A stretch of 64,000 nt of DNA from Octopus sinensis (lineage: Eukaryota): NCBI RefSeq assembly GCF_006345805.1, contig NC_043025.1, positions 1,798,001 to 1,862,000 on the forward strand, given 5' to 3'. This document shows, piece after piece, positions 40,320 through 55,318 of this stretch (position 1 is the stretch's first letter; each line of letters begins with the position of its first letter). The notes beneath the pieces are model-generated. The model was not told the origin of the DNA. It ran no database searches and saw only the letters and a program-made list of their open reading frames with translations. The position numbers and the translations under genes were made by a program.

Positions 40320-41400
40320 TTATTTCCTACATCTACGGCACCTTTATTGGAACTTCAACAACATCAATGTTACCATCATCTCGGAACTTTCTACCAACAT
40401 ATCCATGCATAGTCTTCTGTTCATTGATACTCATCCGTTCAACTAAAGATAAGTTCCGTCAGAGTTGTGCGACTTCTTTGAGCATCTAGTCTATGTTATA
40501 AGATAAGGAATGTTGCTCAAGGATCCGCCTTCCAAGTCATATGAATTATGCAAACTTGGTCAAGGAATGCACTTCGTCATTTGTGGTTATAAGTTGTTAC
40601 CGAAAGGATATGATACGACATTCAAAGGCATTTTGCTTCTATTCCTATTAAGGAGAGGCGGTCTACATCACTGTTTATGTCGGTATTTTCCGGGTTTTCA
40701 CATAAACAGCTCGGATCTCATCAAGTGTCCAATAACACAGCCCAAATGTTAGTATGAGTACTTGCACAGCAAACACGTTGTGGGCCAATGTTTTATTGAA
40801 TGCATAGATTTCTGAGGTCTAAATTTTACTTATTCAGCTGTAATGTTTTTTGATTATACTTTAATGACACCTGTAAATTAATGGCACCTGTAAAAAAGCA
40901 CTTGTTTTGTTACAGGGGCTGTTCTGAGATATATTTTCATCCACCCCTAGATATCTGTAACATTCCTCATCAGATATAGGGGGAAACAGTCAGGTCATTG
41001 ATGGCGATTTTGATAGTCAGGTTTACATTTTCCCCCCTTTTCACAACCATATAACATTTATCCTGAACAAACGCCAACGCTACATTTTTGGAGAATCTTT
41101 TAACTTGGTCAAGGCTCTTTTTCATCTCATCCATAATCTTTGCATAAAGCTTTAAGTCATCCACAAAGGAACAGCATTCGATTTTGGTATTTTTGTTTCC
41201 TTGTGTACCAATGAGATATCCTTAACATAAATGACATGGGGTTTATAGAAAGTATAAACAACATCAAAACGAGGTTGTCCCCTTGGAATAAGCCTTTGCA
41301 ATATTGTATTCTGTCAGTGATAATAGTCACTCATTGTGTTTAATTTCATGATGGTGGCCCACAATGGAATCAGGTCAGCTATGGCTTTGATTATGGCTCA
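40320..41400 (-). mobile_element. Old degenerate R4/Dong LINE fragment (RT region)
   Basis: MDDLKLYAK...DKCYMVVKRG and the remnant NSDV.RL motif; paralogous to 47885-49090 and 49205-50410. Confidence 0.75.
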
Positions 41401-42719
41401 CTGGAAATTTAGCCAGATGAAGGACTTCTAGCATCCATGTGTATGTATGTATGTATATCTGTATGTATGTATGTGTATGTACGCATGTATGTATATCTGT
41501 ATGAATGTATGTATGTATGTCCGTATGTGAAAATGTGTGAATGAATGTATGTGCGTATGTACATACATATACATACTGACTCGTATATTTTCTCGAGTGA
41601 TGTGCTTAATCGGACCCCATTTTAAGTCTGTCATTTGGAACCTTCGCTGTTTATGCCGGATTCTTCTCTGTTGTAAACAATCAAGACGGGTCTTTGGTCT
41701 CAGGATATCTTCCTACTTTCCCCCAACCAATCACAGCAGCCTTCTGAATGATCGTGAGCATTGACTGTCTTCCTGGCCAAGCGCTAAATATATACTTTAC
41801 CTCTCTACTTCGTTTTCTTCCTCTCTTTCTCCTCCGCAGCATCACTTTTACCAATCCGCATCCACACATTATTTGTCCCTCCGCCCACATTTAAAATTTA
41901 TACACACTTCACACGATAGACCACAGTTTCTACCTACACATCTCACTTCGGTAGCACAGTTACTCTCTTCACACTTCATTACACACACACACACGCACAC
42001 ACACACAGCTTTGTCCCATTGGATATTCTATCTTTGACACACACATACAAAAGCATACACACTGATACATAGACTCATACATATTCACGCACACTCACTC
42101 TTCAAACACATACACACACTCACACACACATACCCATACTCACACACATACCCATACTCACACATTCACTCTTGCACCCACTGTTTTGCTTTGTATCTCT
42201 AAATCCCTCACTTCTCTCTCCTCCTCCTCCATTTTCCTCCCACTACTGCTTGGCTGCTACTAACTGCAACAGTTTACCTCCCCTACACGCACACATACCG
42301 CACCCTTTTCTCTCCCTTTCCATTCGTGTTCACTCTTCTTCGAATAAAACCACATTTGCTCTTCTCTCCTTTCGTCAGCCATTTTCTGTCTCTCACTTAA
42401 CCCATGTGTACCAACCCTTTGCTTGTACCGTCTACATTATTTGACCTTCATGAAGTGTGCCATCTTTTTCAGACAATTTACATTACTGAATGTTTTGCCT
42501 ACATTTTGCCTTTTTTCTTGTCTTGTTATTTGATCTTCTGAAGCAACTTTTCTCTCGTATTCGAGTGTTATCCGATAGATTCTGCTGCAACTGTCCATGT
42601 CACGTCTTGCTGCCTTTACAGTGTTCACAGAGAATTGAACGGCAGTGATGGTGTCTGAATTTTGGTAACCGTCATGAATTATCATGAATACAGGTATCTC
42701 TTTTCCAATATTTAGTTGG

Positions 42720-42930
42720 CTTTCAAGGCGGCAAGCTGGCAGAAACGTTAGCACACCGGGTGCAATGCATAGCAGTATTTCGTCTGTTTTTTTCACGTTC
42801 TGAGTTCAAACTCCACTGAGGTCGACTTAGTCTTTCATCCTTTCGGACTACCAGTTGCGTACTGGGGTCGATCTAATCGACTGGCCCCATTCCCCAAAAT
42901 TTCGGTCCTTGTGCCTAGATTAGGAAAGAA
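42720..42930 (+). mobile_element. tRNA-derived SINE
   Basis: Same motifs as the 30395 copy. Confidence 0.75.
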
Positions 42931-43261
42931 TATTTAGATGGCTTCCAGTCTGCCGCATCAGCTTTTTCTCAGCTACAACTTTATATTTATGCTCTCCAAC
43001 GCCTTTGACTGTTTACCAATACACTACGTTTTCCTTAATATAATGTGACATAAAACGTTATACTTAATAACGTATATATCCATCCATCTACCATCTTCAA
43101 CGCTCATTATTCCTGGGAGGGTAATGAGGACATCTGGTACCTCAGGTACCTCCTGCATAGGGTCCTATCAGAGGCAACTGCCAATACACTTACTGATTGA
43201 ATTCTCAACCATGACCAAATGAGGCTATGGATATTTTCTAGCCATCTCTTTTTGGTCTACC

Positions 43262-44165
<904 letters not shown>

Positions 44166-44406
44166 GTGCAAATACGTATGTGTGTGCACGACCGCATGTG
44201 CATACACACGCGCACACACATACACATATATATGTGTGTATATGTATATATATATATTATATATATATATACATACATTTACACTTGCACACACATATAT
44301 ACACATCAAAACATTTCCCTTTTATTAACTATTATACAATGTTCTTATTAACTATCAATTTGTAATAAACCTTGTGGTGTTATATTAGACAATAAATAAC
44401 ACTTAC

Positions 44407-44590
44407 CAATGAAATCATTCTTGTTACATAAGTGTCCGACGCAACAACCAGTACAAGCCGTGCTATTCGTCCGTTTATTGCATGTAATGTTATTGTTTCT
44501 CATTGCTTCAACACATTTTCTGTATGTGCTGCAGGACCTTTCAGTCTTCAGTTTAGCACCGTTCATTGATATTGAGAATCGGCATACAGG
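44407..44590 (-). CDS. LU cassette unit 4 (first in the transcript), exon B
   Basis: Acceptor tatctgttattacag| and donor gtaagt. Encodes PVCRFSISMNGAK...CCVGHLCNKNDFI. Confidence 0.88.
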
Positions 44591-46561
44591 CTGTAATAAC
44601 AGATATGAAAATTATACACTACAACCAAAATATTTATTAGTACGATTACTGCTAATTACAGCAACAACAACATAAACAAGACTACTGGGGATGTTTAACA
44701 TGCAAGAAAGCTTAATCATTGCTTTAAAATATCCAAAAGCAATAAATGAAACCGTCAAAGAGTTGCGGAATTGTTGAAAGTTAACAGCATAAGTAAACTT
44801 CTGTAAACTTTATTGCTATTTAGTATTCCAAAATCATGTTTTAAATGCTTTCGGTGTCCAAAGATCTCTGATCACATGTAGATATGGACATCGGATCACG
44901 GTCTATAGCAAAATCGCATCGCGTTGTTACCCGTCGCCAAACTGAAAATAGGTCAGATTATCCCAATAAAGATGTATGGATTCGCGAATATTTCTTCTTA
45001 CTGGAGGAATGCGCAAGAGAAATTTTTCATATAAAATTTACGAAAAATCAGGCGTGCAAACCTCACCAACAAGAGAAACTAATACGCCTTTACCCAAAAT
45101 GATAATGAAATAAAATTGTCAGATTGAACTCCTCAGTCCAAGCAAATAAAACAGAAAATACAATAAATGAACACAAGAGAAACTTCGTTTTAATTTGCGA
45201 GTATATTTTATATGACAATACGGTATATTAGTATAAAATTTGGAGAGAAAACAAGCAAGGTCTTGTAAACTTAATGAAGGACATTCTGAAAACGGAAAAT
45301 ATCAGAAATGGAGAAGAATATTTAAAGAAAAGAATCCATCACGAAAACACAATTAATAATCGCAAACACCTAACAATAATAAAAGCAATGAAAATGTAGA
45401 CATTGAAGTTAGAAATAAGATTAGCATTGCCTTAGTTTAGAATTGAAACTCGTTTCTTCTAATCACAGAAAAGTTTTAGAAAGAAAATTGGATCTCCCAA
45501 ACTGAGTGAGGATGTCATGAAGAAATAACCAATGATAGTGTCGGTAGGCTGGCGTCTTCAAAAGAGCCAATGTAGTCGGTGATTGCAAATGAATGAATCA
45601 TTAAATAAACTAACTCAGCTTCAAGAAAACAGAACGGTCTGAGATCAGAACAGACAAATAAAACAGGCAACATAATGCAGCCATGCTCTTATTTCACGCT
45701 CTATTCTCCTATATTCTCGTAGATCAATTAATGTGAAGCATTGATCTGTGACATTACCGGTGTCTTTTATTGTTTGTCTTGTGTTTCTTTCACCAATGTA
45801 CAACTGTGTATTCAGAGATATGCCTGGCAATTTTAATTTGTGTCTTAGCTGCGTTTTAAAGGTATAGGTTTTACCTTTCTGTGAAACAATATGACCCCCA
45901 CCTATTATGTTCTGGAGAGCTTATTGTACTACATGATGTGAGAGAAGATTTAATCTGTTTCGAATAGTCCATAACCTCGTATATCAAACAACCTCTTTTG
46001 CTATGGCCACCAGACGAAAGAAAACTGTCATTTGCTTCTTAACCTATTCAATCCGCTCCCTGTAATGATTTTGAGCTGGTAGGGCCAGGTTCGACTTGCA
46101 GTTACCCCTCTAAGTTTAGTGTTCCGAGATCATTCGACAAGGAACCATGATTCCAAGTTGACTTCTGACCACATACATTCATGCATCCTACTCTAAGAAC
46201 AGCTATGTTTGTCGGAGAAAGGTCACTCTAAGTTCGTGTGTTCGTTTCTTGAATAGGGATTCGAAGACAGGGTAGAACGTTGTGTCCTTGAACAAGGCAC
46301 TTCATTCCACTTTGTTCCAGTCTAATCGAGGGAAATGTGTCCCAACCTAGTGATGTTCATCTATTTCTCTCTTCAATCGTCACATCCTTCTTGTCCCATT
46401 GAGTCATGAATAAGAAGACCGATAGGGTGTGTGTATGTCTACGCAGGCACATAAAAACAAACTAGCGAAAGCATATTACAATCTATGTGGACTTAATGGC
46501 TTTCGAGTGACGGCTGTGGATATATTTTAACGGAAGGGAAGAAACTAATATTCCAGTTTAC

Positions 46562-46653
46562 CTCTGCTCCTGGACAGCTTCTCACATTTGAATCATTACA
46601 GCTAATTCCTGAACATGTTTGACACTGTAAATTCCGTTGAAATAACCAGTAGT
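46562..46653 (-). CDS. LU cassette unit 4, exon A
   Basis: Splice sites intact. Encodes YWLFQRNLQCQTCSGISCNDSNVRSCPGAE; joins LRRCT exon A|AC = Asn in frame. Confidence 0.86.
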
Positions 46654-47147
46654 CTACAGAATACAAGTAAATATCTGTATTTATGAACCAAATAATGCAA
46701 TGCATAGCAATAACAAGAAATATTTTCTTTATGGTGTAAAAAAAAATGTATACGTGTTAGTATTGAAATCAATACATGTTAGACATATAAAGCAAATTAT
46801 TAACAAAGACTATAAACCTATTTTTATGTTCATTTGGAAATGTTTCAATAATGTCACAAATTCAATTGAGAGAAGCATGAAAGCCACTTGTTGTCCTTTT
46901 AGTATTCTGATGTAACAAACACGTGAAAATCGTTGAACAAGTCAAATAAAAGAATGAAATTCGAAAGTTGCAAGCATTGTTGCAGTGGGAACTCACTAAT
47001 AAAACCTGAGAATCTCATTTAAGTTATGTTGCAATGTCATATAGAATGTGAAGAAGGCCATAAAATGTGAAGTGAGCAAAACAATATTTGGATAAACAAT
47101 AAAATGTATAATCATTAATATTGTGCTTTTTCCAATATACACACATT

Positions 47148-47530
47148 TATGTATGTATGTATTATGTATGTATGTATGTATGTATGTATGTATGTATGTA
47201 TGTTGTATGTATGTATGTATGTATGTGTGTGTGTATGTATGTATATATGTATGTATGTATGTATGGATGGATGGATGTGTGTATATATGTATGTATGTAT
47301 ATCTGTATGAATGTATGTATGTATGTATGTATGTAGTATGTATGTATGTAAGTATGTATGTATGTTGTATGTATGTATGTATGTGTGTGTGTGTATGTAT
47401 GTATATGTATGTATGTATGTATGTGTATGTATGTATGTATGTTGTATGTATGTATGTATGTATGATGTATGTATGTATATATGTATTATGTATGTATGTG
47501 TGTATGTATGCATGTATGTATGTATGTATG

Positions 47531-47564
<34 letters not shown>

Positions 47565-47586
47565 TGTATGTATGCATGCATGTATG

Positions 47587-47640
<54 letters not shown>
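47148..47640. repeat. Long (TATG)n array
   Basis: Directly visible. Confidence 0.95.
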
Positions 47641-47642
<2 letters not shown>

Positions 47643-47779
47643 GGTTTCAGTTGCCAATACTGTAAAAGACATTGTAGATCTTTAGCTGGGCTAAAACGTC
47701 ACATTCGATCACAGCACCAGTAACAGTTAAGCTTCGTGCAATAGCCATATTCGATAACGAGGGGGCAGCCATAATAATG

Positions 47780-50420
47780 CATGTATGTATGTATGTATGT
47801 ATGTATGTATGTATGTGTGTGTGTGTATGTATGTATGTACGTATGTATGTATGTATGTATGTATGTACGTATGTCTGTAAGCACGTAGTTATTGTCGTAT
47901 GTCATTATTCACTGTCACTTGAAGGTTTGTTGGCAATAGAGAAAGAGAGAATTTCTATCCTATATCAACGGCTCCTACATTGGAACTTTAACAACATCAA
48001 TGTTACCATCATCTCGGAACTTTCTACCAGCATATCCATGCATAATCTTCTGTTCATTGATACTCATCCGTTCAACTAAAGATAAGTTCCGTCAGAGTTG
48101 TGCGACTTCTTTGAGCATCTAGTCTATGTTATAAGATAAGGAATGTTGCTCAAGGATCCGCCTTCCAAGTCATATGAATTATGCAAACTTGGTCAAGGAA
48201 CGCACTTCGTCATTTGTGGTTATAAGTTGTTACCGAAAGGATATGATACGACATTCAAAGGCATTTTGCATCGATTCCTATTAAGGAGAGGCGGTCTACA
48301 TCACTGTTTATGTGGAAATAATGTGTACTTGTCGGTATTTTCCGGGTTTTCACATAAACAGCTCGGATCTCATCAAGTGTCCAATAAAACAGCCCAAATG
48401 TTAATATGAGTACTTGCACAGCAAACACGTTGTGGGCCAATGTTTTATTGAATGCATAGATTTCTGAGGTCTAAATTCTATTCATTCAGCTGTAATATTC
48501 TTTGATTATACTTTAATGACACCTGTAAATTAATGGCACCTGTAACATAATGGCACCTATAAAAAGCACTTGTGTTGTTACAGGAGCTGTTGTGAGATAT
48601 ATTTTCATCCACCCCTAGATATCTGTAACATTCCTCATCAGATATAGGGGAAACAGTCTGGTCATTGATGGCGATTTTGATAGTCAGGTTTACATTTTCC
48701 CCCCTTTTCACAACCATATAACATTTATCCTGATCAAACGCCAACGCTACATTTTTGGAGAATCTTTTAACTTGGTCAAGGCTCTTTTTCATCTCATCCA
48801 TATTCTTTGCATAAAGTTTTAAGTCATCCACAAAGAAACAGTATTCGATTTTGGTATTTTTGTTTCCTTGTGAACCAATGAGATATCCTTAACATGAATT
48901 ACATGGGGTTTACAGAAAGTATAAACAACATCAAAACGAGGTTGTCCCCTTGGAATATGCCTTTGCGATATTGTATTCTGTCAGTGATAATAGTCACTCA
49001 TTGTGTTTAATTTCATGATGGTGGCCCACAATGGAATCAGGTCAGCTATGGCTTTGCTTATGGCTCACTGGAAATTTAGCCAGATGAAGGACTCCTAGAA
49101 ACCATGGGTATGTATGTACGTATGTATGTATATCGGTATGTATGTATCTGTATGTACGTATGTATGTATGTATGTATGTATGTATGTATGTATGTCTGTA
49201 AGCACGTAGTTATTGTCGTATGTCATTATTCACTGTCACTTGAAGGTTTGTTGGCAATAGAGAAAGAGAGAATTTCTATCCTATATCAACGGCTCCTACA
49301 TTGGAACTTTAACAACATCAATGTTACCATCATCTCGGAACTATCTACCAACATATCCATGCATAGTCTTCTGTTCATTGATACTCATCCGTTCAACTAA
49401 AGATAAGTTCCGTCAGAGTTGTGCGACTTCTTTGAGCATCTAGTCTATGTTATAAGATAAGGAATGTTGCTCAAGGATCCGCCTTCCAAGTCATATGAAT
49501 TATGCAAACTTGGTCAAGGAATGCACTTCGTCATTTGTGGTTATAAGTTGTTACCGAAAGGATATGATACGACATTCAAAGGCATTTTGCATCGATTCCT
49601 ATTAAGGAGAGGCGGTCTACATCACTGTTTATGTGGAAATAATGTGTACTTGTCGGTATTTTCCGGGTTTTCACATAAACAGCTCGGATCTCATCAAGTG
49701 TCCAATAAAACAGCCCAAATGTTAATATGAGTACTTGCACAGCAAACACGTTGTGGGCCAATGTTTTATTGAATGCATAGATTTCTGAGGTCTAAATTCT
49801 ATTCATTCAGCTGTAATATTCTTTGATTATACTTTAATGACACCTGTAAATTAATGGCACCTGTAACATAATGGCACCTATAAAAAGCACTTGTGTTGTT
49901 ACAGGAGCTGTTGTGAGATATATTTTCATCCACCCCTAGATATCTGTAACATTCCTCATCAGATATAGGGGAAACAGTCAGGTCATTGATGGCGATTTTG
50001 ATAGTCAGGTTTACATTTTCCCCCCTTTTCACAACCATATAACATTTATCCTGATCAAACGCCAACCCTATATTTTTGGAGAATCTTTTAACTTGGTCAA
50101 GGCTCTTTTTCATCTCATCCATATTCTTTGCATAAAGTTTTAAGTCATCCACAAAGAAACAGTATTCGATTTTGGTATTTTTGTTTCCTTGTGAACCAAT
50201 GAGATATCCTTAACATGAATTACATGGGGTTTACAGAAAGTATAAACAACATCAAAACGAGGTTGTCCCCTTGGAATATGCCTTTGCGATATTGTATTCT
50301 GTCAGTGATAATAGTCACTCATTGTGTTTAATTTCATGATGGTGGCCCACAATGGAATCAGGTCAGCTATGGCTTTGCTTATGGCTCACTGGAAATTTAG
50401 CCAGATGAAGGACTCCTAGA
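47780..50420. repeat. Direct tandem duplication, period 1321 bp, containing a degenerate minus-strand Dong RT fragment
   Basis: ORF pairs 48143/49464, 48255/49576 and 48478/49799 are all offset by 1321 and nearly identical. Confidence 0.93.
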
Positions 50421-51759
50421 AACCATGGGTATGTATGTACGTATGTATGTATATCGGTATGTATGTATCTGTATGTACGTATGTATGTATGTATGTATGT
50501 ATGTATGTATGTATGTCTGTATGTGAAAATGTGTGAATGAATGTATGTGCGTATGTACATACATATACATACTGACTCGTATATTTTCTCGAGTGATGTG
50601 CTTAATCGGACCCCATTTTAAGTCTGTCATTTGGAACCTTCGCTGTTTATGCCGGATTCTTCTCTGTTGTAAACAATCAAGGCAGGTCATTGGTTTCAGG
50701 GTATCTTCCTACTCTCCCCCAACCAATCACAGCAGCCTTCTGAATGATCATGAGCATTGACTGTCTTCCTGGCCAAGCGCTAAAAGTATACTTTTCCTCT
50801 CTACTTCGTTTTCTTCCTCTCTCTCTCCTCCGCTGCATCACTCTTACCAACCCGCATCCACACATTATTTGTCCCTCCGCCCACATTTACACTTTATACA
50901 CACTTCACACGATAGACCACAGTTTCTACCTACACATCTCACTTCGGTAGCACAGTTACTCTCTTCACACTTCATTACACACACACACACACGCGCACAC
51001 ACACACACACACACACATACACACACGCACACACATACACACGGCTTTGTCCCATTGGATATTCTATCTTTGACACACACATACAAATGCATACACACTC
51101 ATACATAGACTCATACATATTCACGCACACTCACTCTTCAAACACATACACACACTCACACACACATACCCATACTCACAAGTGCTGCCCTCACACATTC
51201 ACTCTTGCACCCACTGTTTTGCTTTGTATCTCTAAATCCCTCACTTCTCTCTCCTCCTCCTCCCTTTTCCTCCCACTACTGCTTGGCTGCTACTAACTGC
51301 AACAGTTTACCTCCCCTATACGCACACATACCGCACCCTTCTTCTCTCCCTTTCCATTCGTGTTCACTCTTCTTCGAATAAAACCACATTTGCTCTTCTC
51401 TCCTTTCGTCAGCCATTTTCTGTCTCTCACTTAACCCATGTGTACCAACCCTTTGCTTGTACCGTCTACATTATTTGACCTTCATGAAGTGTGCCATCTT
51501 TTTCAGACAATTTACATTACTGAATGTTTTGCCTGCATTTTGCCCTTTTTTTCTTGTCTTGGTATTTGATCTTCTGAAGCAACTTTTCTCTCGTATTCGA
51601 GTTTTATCCTATAGATTCTGCTGCAACTGTCCATGTCACGTCTTGCTGCCTTTACAGTGTTCACACAGCATTGAACGGCAGTGATGGTGTCTGAATTTTG
51701 GTAACCGTCATGAATTATCATGAATACAAGTATCTCTTTTCCAATATTTAGATGTCTTT

Positions 51760-51965
51760 TAAGGCGGCAAGCTGGCAGAAACGTTAACAGACCGGATGCA
51801 ATGCTTAGCAGTATTTCGTCTGTTTTTTCACGTTCTAAGTTCAAATTCCACCGAGGTCGATTTGCTTTTCATCCTTTTGGGGTACCAGTTTCGTACTGGG
51901 GTCGATCTAATCGACTGGCCCCATTCCCCAAAATTTCGGTCCTTGTGCCTAGATTAGGAAAGAAT
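51760..51965 (+). mobile_element. tRNA-derived SINE
   Basis: Same family as the 30395 copy; contains ggggtaccagt. Confidence 0.75.
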
Positions 51966-53251
51966 ATTTAGATGGCTTCCAGTCTGCCATATCAGCTTTT
52001 TCTCAGCTACAACTTTATATTTATGCTCTCCAACGCCTTTGACTGTTTACCAATACACTAAGTTTTCCTTAATATAATGTGACATAAACCGTTATATTTA
52101 ATAACGTATATATCCATCCATCTACCATCTTCAACGCTCATTATTCCTGGGAGGGTCATGAGGACATCTGGTACCTCAGGTACCTCCTGCATAGGGTCCT
52201 ATTAGAGGCAACTGCCAATGCACTTACTGACTGAATTCTCAAGCATGACCAAATGAGGCTATGGATATTTTGTAGCCATCTCTTTTTGGTCTACCTCTAT
52301 ATTCCCTGCTGTTTTTCATCCTTTTAAAGAATCGATCTTGTGATTTTGTCATGTGACATCCTAATCGCATGTCCGCGTTATCGGAAATGTAGTGGCACAA
52401 TATGGAAAAAGTACCGACTCGATCTGGAGAGACTCCCTCATCTCCAAGGTACACACTGTGTCGAGTAAATCTACTCCATTTTTTTCGGAGGAATCCCATT
52501 TCGGCCGCTTCTATTTGCGATCAGACTCTTTCGGTCGTTAGCCAATATTCATGACCACAGATGAGGATGGGCACAAAAACCAAACTGAAGATAGTGTGCT
52601 TGGTTTTGTTACCAAGTTTTCCTCTTCTCAGGATCGAATGCTGGAACATTTTTTCATCTCGGGAGGGTCATCATGCCAATGATAAATACACGTACTGTTT
52701 CTATTTCACTTTATTATTTGTCTCTTTGTTAACAATTTGTTAACGAATTAACTAAATGAATGTTTGATTAACCGTTTGGTTAACCTATCAACCAGTTATG
52801 GTCGTTAGCGACATTTTTTGTCATTCGTGACCGCTTCGATGACTCATTTGTTTTTGTTCTATACTTATGTAGTTATGAATGAGAATGTACGTGAGAGAGA
52901 GGGTTAGAGAGTATGTCTGTGTACATATGTGTGTGTACATGTGTGCGCTGTTGTGAATGTTTGCGTATGTATGTTTGTGTATGTGTGTGTGTGTGTATGT
53001 GTGTGTGCGCGGGTTCCCGTGTATGTGTGTGTCTGTGTGTGCTGTTGATGGTTTGTGTGATACAGTTGAATCTATAAGTTCGTTAGAGAGAAGATGTGAA
53101 CGTAAAGCGCGCGAATGGTAAAACGTTTATTCCTCATATCTTTATCTATAGTTTCCCTTTCATAAGACATGATATTGTAAGCTTCAGAGAATAACCCGGA
53201 TTTTCTTAGTGTTAATAATAAAAGAAAAGAAGAAACGAGAATTCTACTTAC

Positions 53252-53409
53252 TTTGACATTGCGAATAATCCAGTATAGGTATTCGTTTCCCTGAGCCTTC
53301 AAGACACTTGCCAGAGACAGCCACAATTCTGTTATAGACTTTTTTAATATATTTAACGAAGGCTGGCAAGTGACATCCACACTTCATAAGGTTATTGTTT
53401 TCCAGGTTA
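53252..53409 (-). CDS. LRR C-terminal cap (LRRCT) exon (158 bp, phase 2 to 1)
   Basis: Acceptor tattattacag| and donor A|gtaagt. Encodes NLENNNLMKCGCHLPAFVKYIKKVYNRIVAVSGKCLEGSGKRIPILDYSQCQ, fitting the LRRCT pattern (N..xCxC...C...C). Confidence 0.85.
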
Positions 53410-54019
53410 CTGTAATAATAAAGAGAACTCTGAATGCGTTTCAGATCAACAGAGAAATTCCTATGTGATTTGACAAGAAACAAAGATTATAAAATTTGAG
53501 CAGGTTTATAAACGCTATGACATTCATTTTTCTAAGTGTTGTTAATAACATCAATAATGTGAAATGCTTTCTAGTAGAAAGTGGAAGCACTAAGGTTCTA
53601 TTCTCTTTTAGCTTAGATATTGAATAATAAGGTACCTTTAAATAAGATTACTAGCCACTTGAAACGATTCTAATTTATTGTAGTTTAGGGACATTTTAGT
53701 GTCGGGAATTTGGTGGTAGGGATCTTGCGCCGCTCTATCTGACAAACTCATTTAGACGGGCGGTTTTGGCGCTAAGAAGGTCGTGTTTATTCTATGTAGC
53801 AACTGGTTTTAAAACTAGAGACAGGTTTCAGTGTTGTACAATTTATTGCTTGAGCGGCACAGACATGTATAGTAATACTCCTAATTAAGAAAGGGGAAAT
53901 TAATATTAATTTTTGATATATCAATTTGAATATTTTCAGTGTTTTTCAAAAAAGAGCAACAGCAAGAACAATAGCAACAACAACAACACAAATACAACAA
54001 CAACAACAATAATAATAAT

Positions 54020-54240
54020 TAAACAACCATGACTATTTGAAGTGAGAAATACGAAGTTTGTTGACAATGGAGAGAGTAGAGGTGATACCAATAGTAATTG
54101 GTACATTTGGAAGTATTAGCACTCAACTACCAGCATGACTGAAAACAATTGGTACAAGTGTGAAGGTAGAACACCTAAAAGAAATCAGCATTGCTTGGAA
54201 CGCAAGAATTCTTCGTAGGGTTCTTGAAGTATAAACAGTA
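54020..54240 (+). mobile_element. Very short 3' fragment of a Dong-like LINE
   Basis: Translates as EVIPIVIGTFGSI...ILRRVL, the C-terminus of R4/Dong ORFs; preceded by a CAA/TAA array. Confidence 0.6.
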
Positions 54241-54296
54241 AACAACACTTTCCATCAAACCCAGAAAAGTAAGCTGTGAGTTTTCATATGATGATA

Positions 54297-54344
<48 letters not shown>

Positions 54345-54399
54345 GCGGTGGTGGTGATGATGATGATGAGGAGGAGGAGGAGGATAATCCAAAGTGCTG

Positions 54400-55260
54400 A
54401 GGAGAAGAGAAACGAATACCTTCTTTAAATGAGAATGCATGGACAGTTTGAAAGGAATAAACAGGACGTTAAGGATAATACAGCATCGTGGGCATGGCTT
54501 GAGCGAGGTGATTTGAAGCGTACCACTAAAAGCCTGGTCATTGCTGCATAAGACCAGGCTCTCGCTACCAAATCAGGGAAGTATAACATCTATAAAACTT
54601 CTGACACCCAGAAATGCAGACTCTGTGGAAAGAGTGTGGAAAATGTGACCCACTTGATAAGTGGACGTGAGAGCCTTGCACAAAAAGAATACAAGCACCG
54701 CAACGATAAAGTGTTTGTGTATCTTCATTGGCATTTAAGCCATAAATACCAATATGAAGTAACAGAGAACAGGTATGAGTATGTACCAAGTAAAGTTATG
54801 CAGGAAGATGTACAAGTAACGATACTCTGGGACTATGATTTTCAGACGGATCGTGTAGTCGAACACCGTCGGCCGGATATTGTCATATTGAATAAGAGAG
54901 ACAAATACTGTCAGATCATTGATGTAGCCATAACAAATGGCAACAATGTTGTGAGTAAAGGGGTTGAAAGAATCACCAAGTACTCCGAAATGAAAGCAGA
55001 AATGGAAGGATTGTATGGAATGCGAGAGGGGAATGTAAAAGTGATACCAGTGGTGATCAGAGTTTTGGGCTCAATCCCATTGAAACTTTTTAAGGCAACT
55101 GGAAATCCCATGCAAGATTGATGGCTTGCAAAAAGCAGACTTGATGGCCACAGCGCACATCATAAGGGAAGTATTATCTGTCTGAGATCCTTGTTGTGAC
55201 TTGACAGATGACTAAAGACTCCGGCGCATTTTTACTTACACTGTGTTATGAAGGAATAAA
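54400..55260 (+). mobile_element. Degenerate R4/Dong LINE 3' part
   Basis: CRLCGKSVENVTHLISG, HRNDKV..YLHW, ILWDYDFQTDRVVEHRRPDIV, IIDVA and IPVVIRVLG; ends at a TAA array. Confidence 0.85.
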
Positions 55261-55318
55261 TAATAATAATAATAATATAATCATAATAATAATAATAATA
55301 ATATAATAATAATAATAA

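Noticed and set aside
52239-52743. Short ORFs upstream of the duplication junction
   Set aside because: No recognisable domain or phase-compatible splice sites; likely intronic or decayed repeat.
53650-53740. LRR-like peptide KMSLNYNKLESF on the minus strand near the LRRCT exon
   Set aside because: The only plausible splice sites give an 87-bp phase 1-1 exon, incompatible with the phase-2 LRR chain, and the acceptor is weak. The 62132 exon already joins the LRRCT exon in a perfect LRR register.
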